DNA from: Azolla caroliniana
Taxonomy: Eukaryota > Plantae > Polypodiophyta
Assembly: GCA_043228905.1 (NCBI GenBank)
Contig: JBHGNT010001472.1
Coordinates: 1 to 7,897, forward strand
Reading direction: 5' to 3'
DNA: 7,897 nt
The translations under genes were made by a program, and so were the position numbers. A model generated the notes under the pieces. The model made no database searches. It was not told the origin of the DNA and was given only the letters and a program-made list of their open reading frames with translations. Position 1 is the stretch's first letter. The number at the start of each line of letters is the position of its first letter. Positions 7,813 to 7,897 of the stretch are shown here, one piece after another.

Positions 7813-7897
7813 GTATATAAAATATATTTACTTTGATTTGTGTCGATCAAGTTTAAGACTTTAATTCTTATATATACTTGTTCGTGTTCATGCGGCC

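Larger units (their letters stand above)
1994..7897. mobile_element. Putative large DNA transposon (DDD transposase plus DNA amino-methyltransferase cargo), right end outside the window
   Basis: The Gypsy reading frame is cut abruptly at ~1993 (TTAA at 1992-1995) with a switch to AT-rich sequence. A transposase pseudogene and a divergent MTase pseudogene with a similar type of decay follow. Only one end is visible, so TIR and TSD cannot be confirmed, and inclusion of the MTase in the element is inferred. Confidence 0.6.

Noticed and set aside
7063-7820. Bacterial restriction-modification system or contamination
   Set aside because: The MTase is interrupted by a spliceosomal-type intron, no restriction endonuclease is visible, and the neighbours are a Gypsy element and eukaryotic tRNA-derived repeats.

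Overview
AT-rich, intron-containing eukaryotic DNA, most likely a land plant (plant-type tRNA-Pro; a bryophyte host is a guess). The window has three nested repeat layers. (1) 1-~1180: a tandem array of degenerate tRNA-Pro-derived monomers on the minus strand, with a ~550-580 bp higher-order duplication. (2) ~1210-1993: a GC-rich, decayed Ty3/Gypsy integrase 3' fragment on the minus strand. (3) ~1994 to the window end: a decayed, apparently large DNA transposon with two head-to-head genes. One is a minus-strand DDD transposase (Sola1-like, tentative). The other is a plus-strand, spliced gene encoding a bacterial-type beta-class N6-adenine/N4-cytosine DNA methyltransferase, with a possible ParB-like remnant upstream. 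Between the two coding regions lies an array of ~46 bp palindromes. Both genes are pseudogenised in this copy. The transposase + amino-MTase + palindrome-array arrangement is the candidate novel system. All family assignments come from motif recognition by eye; no searches were run.
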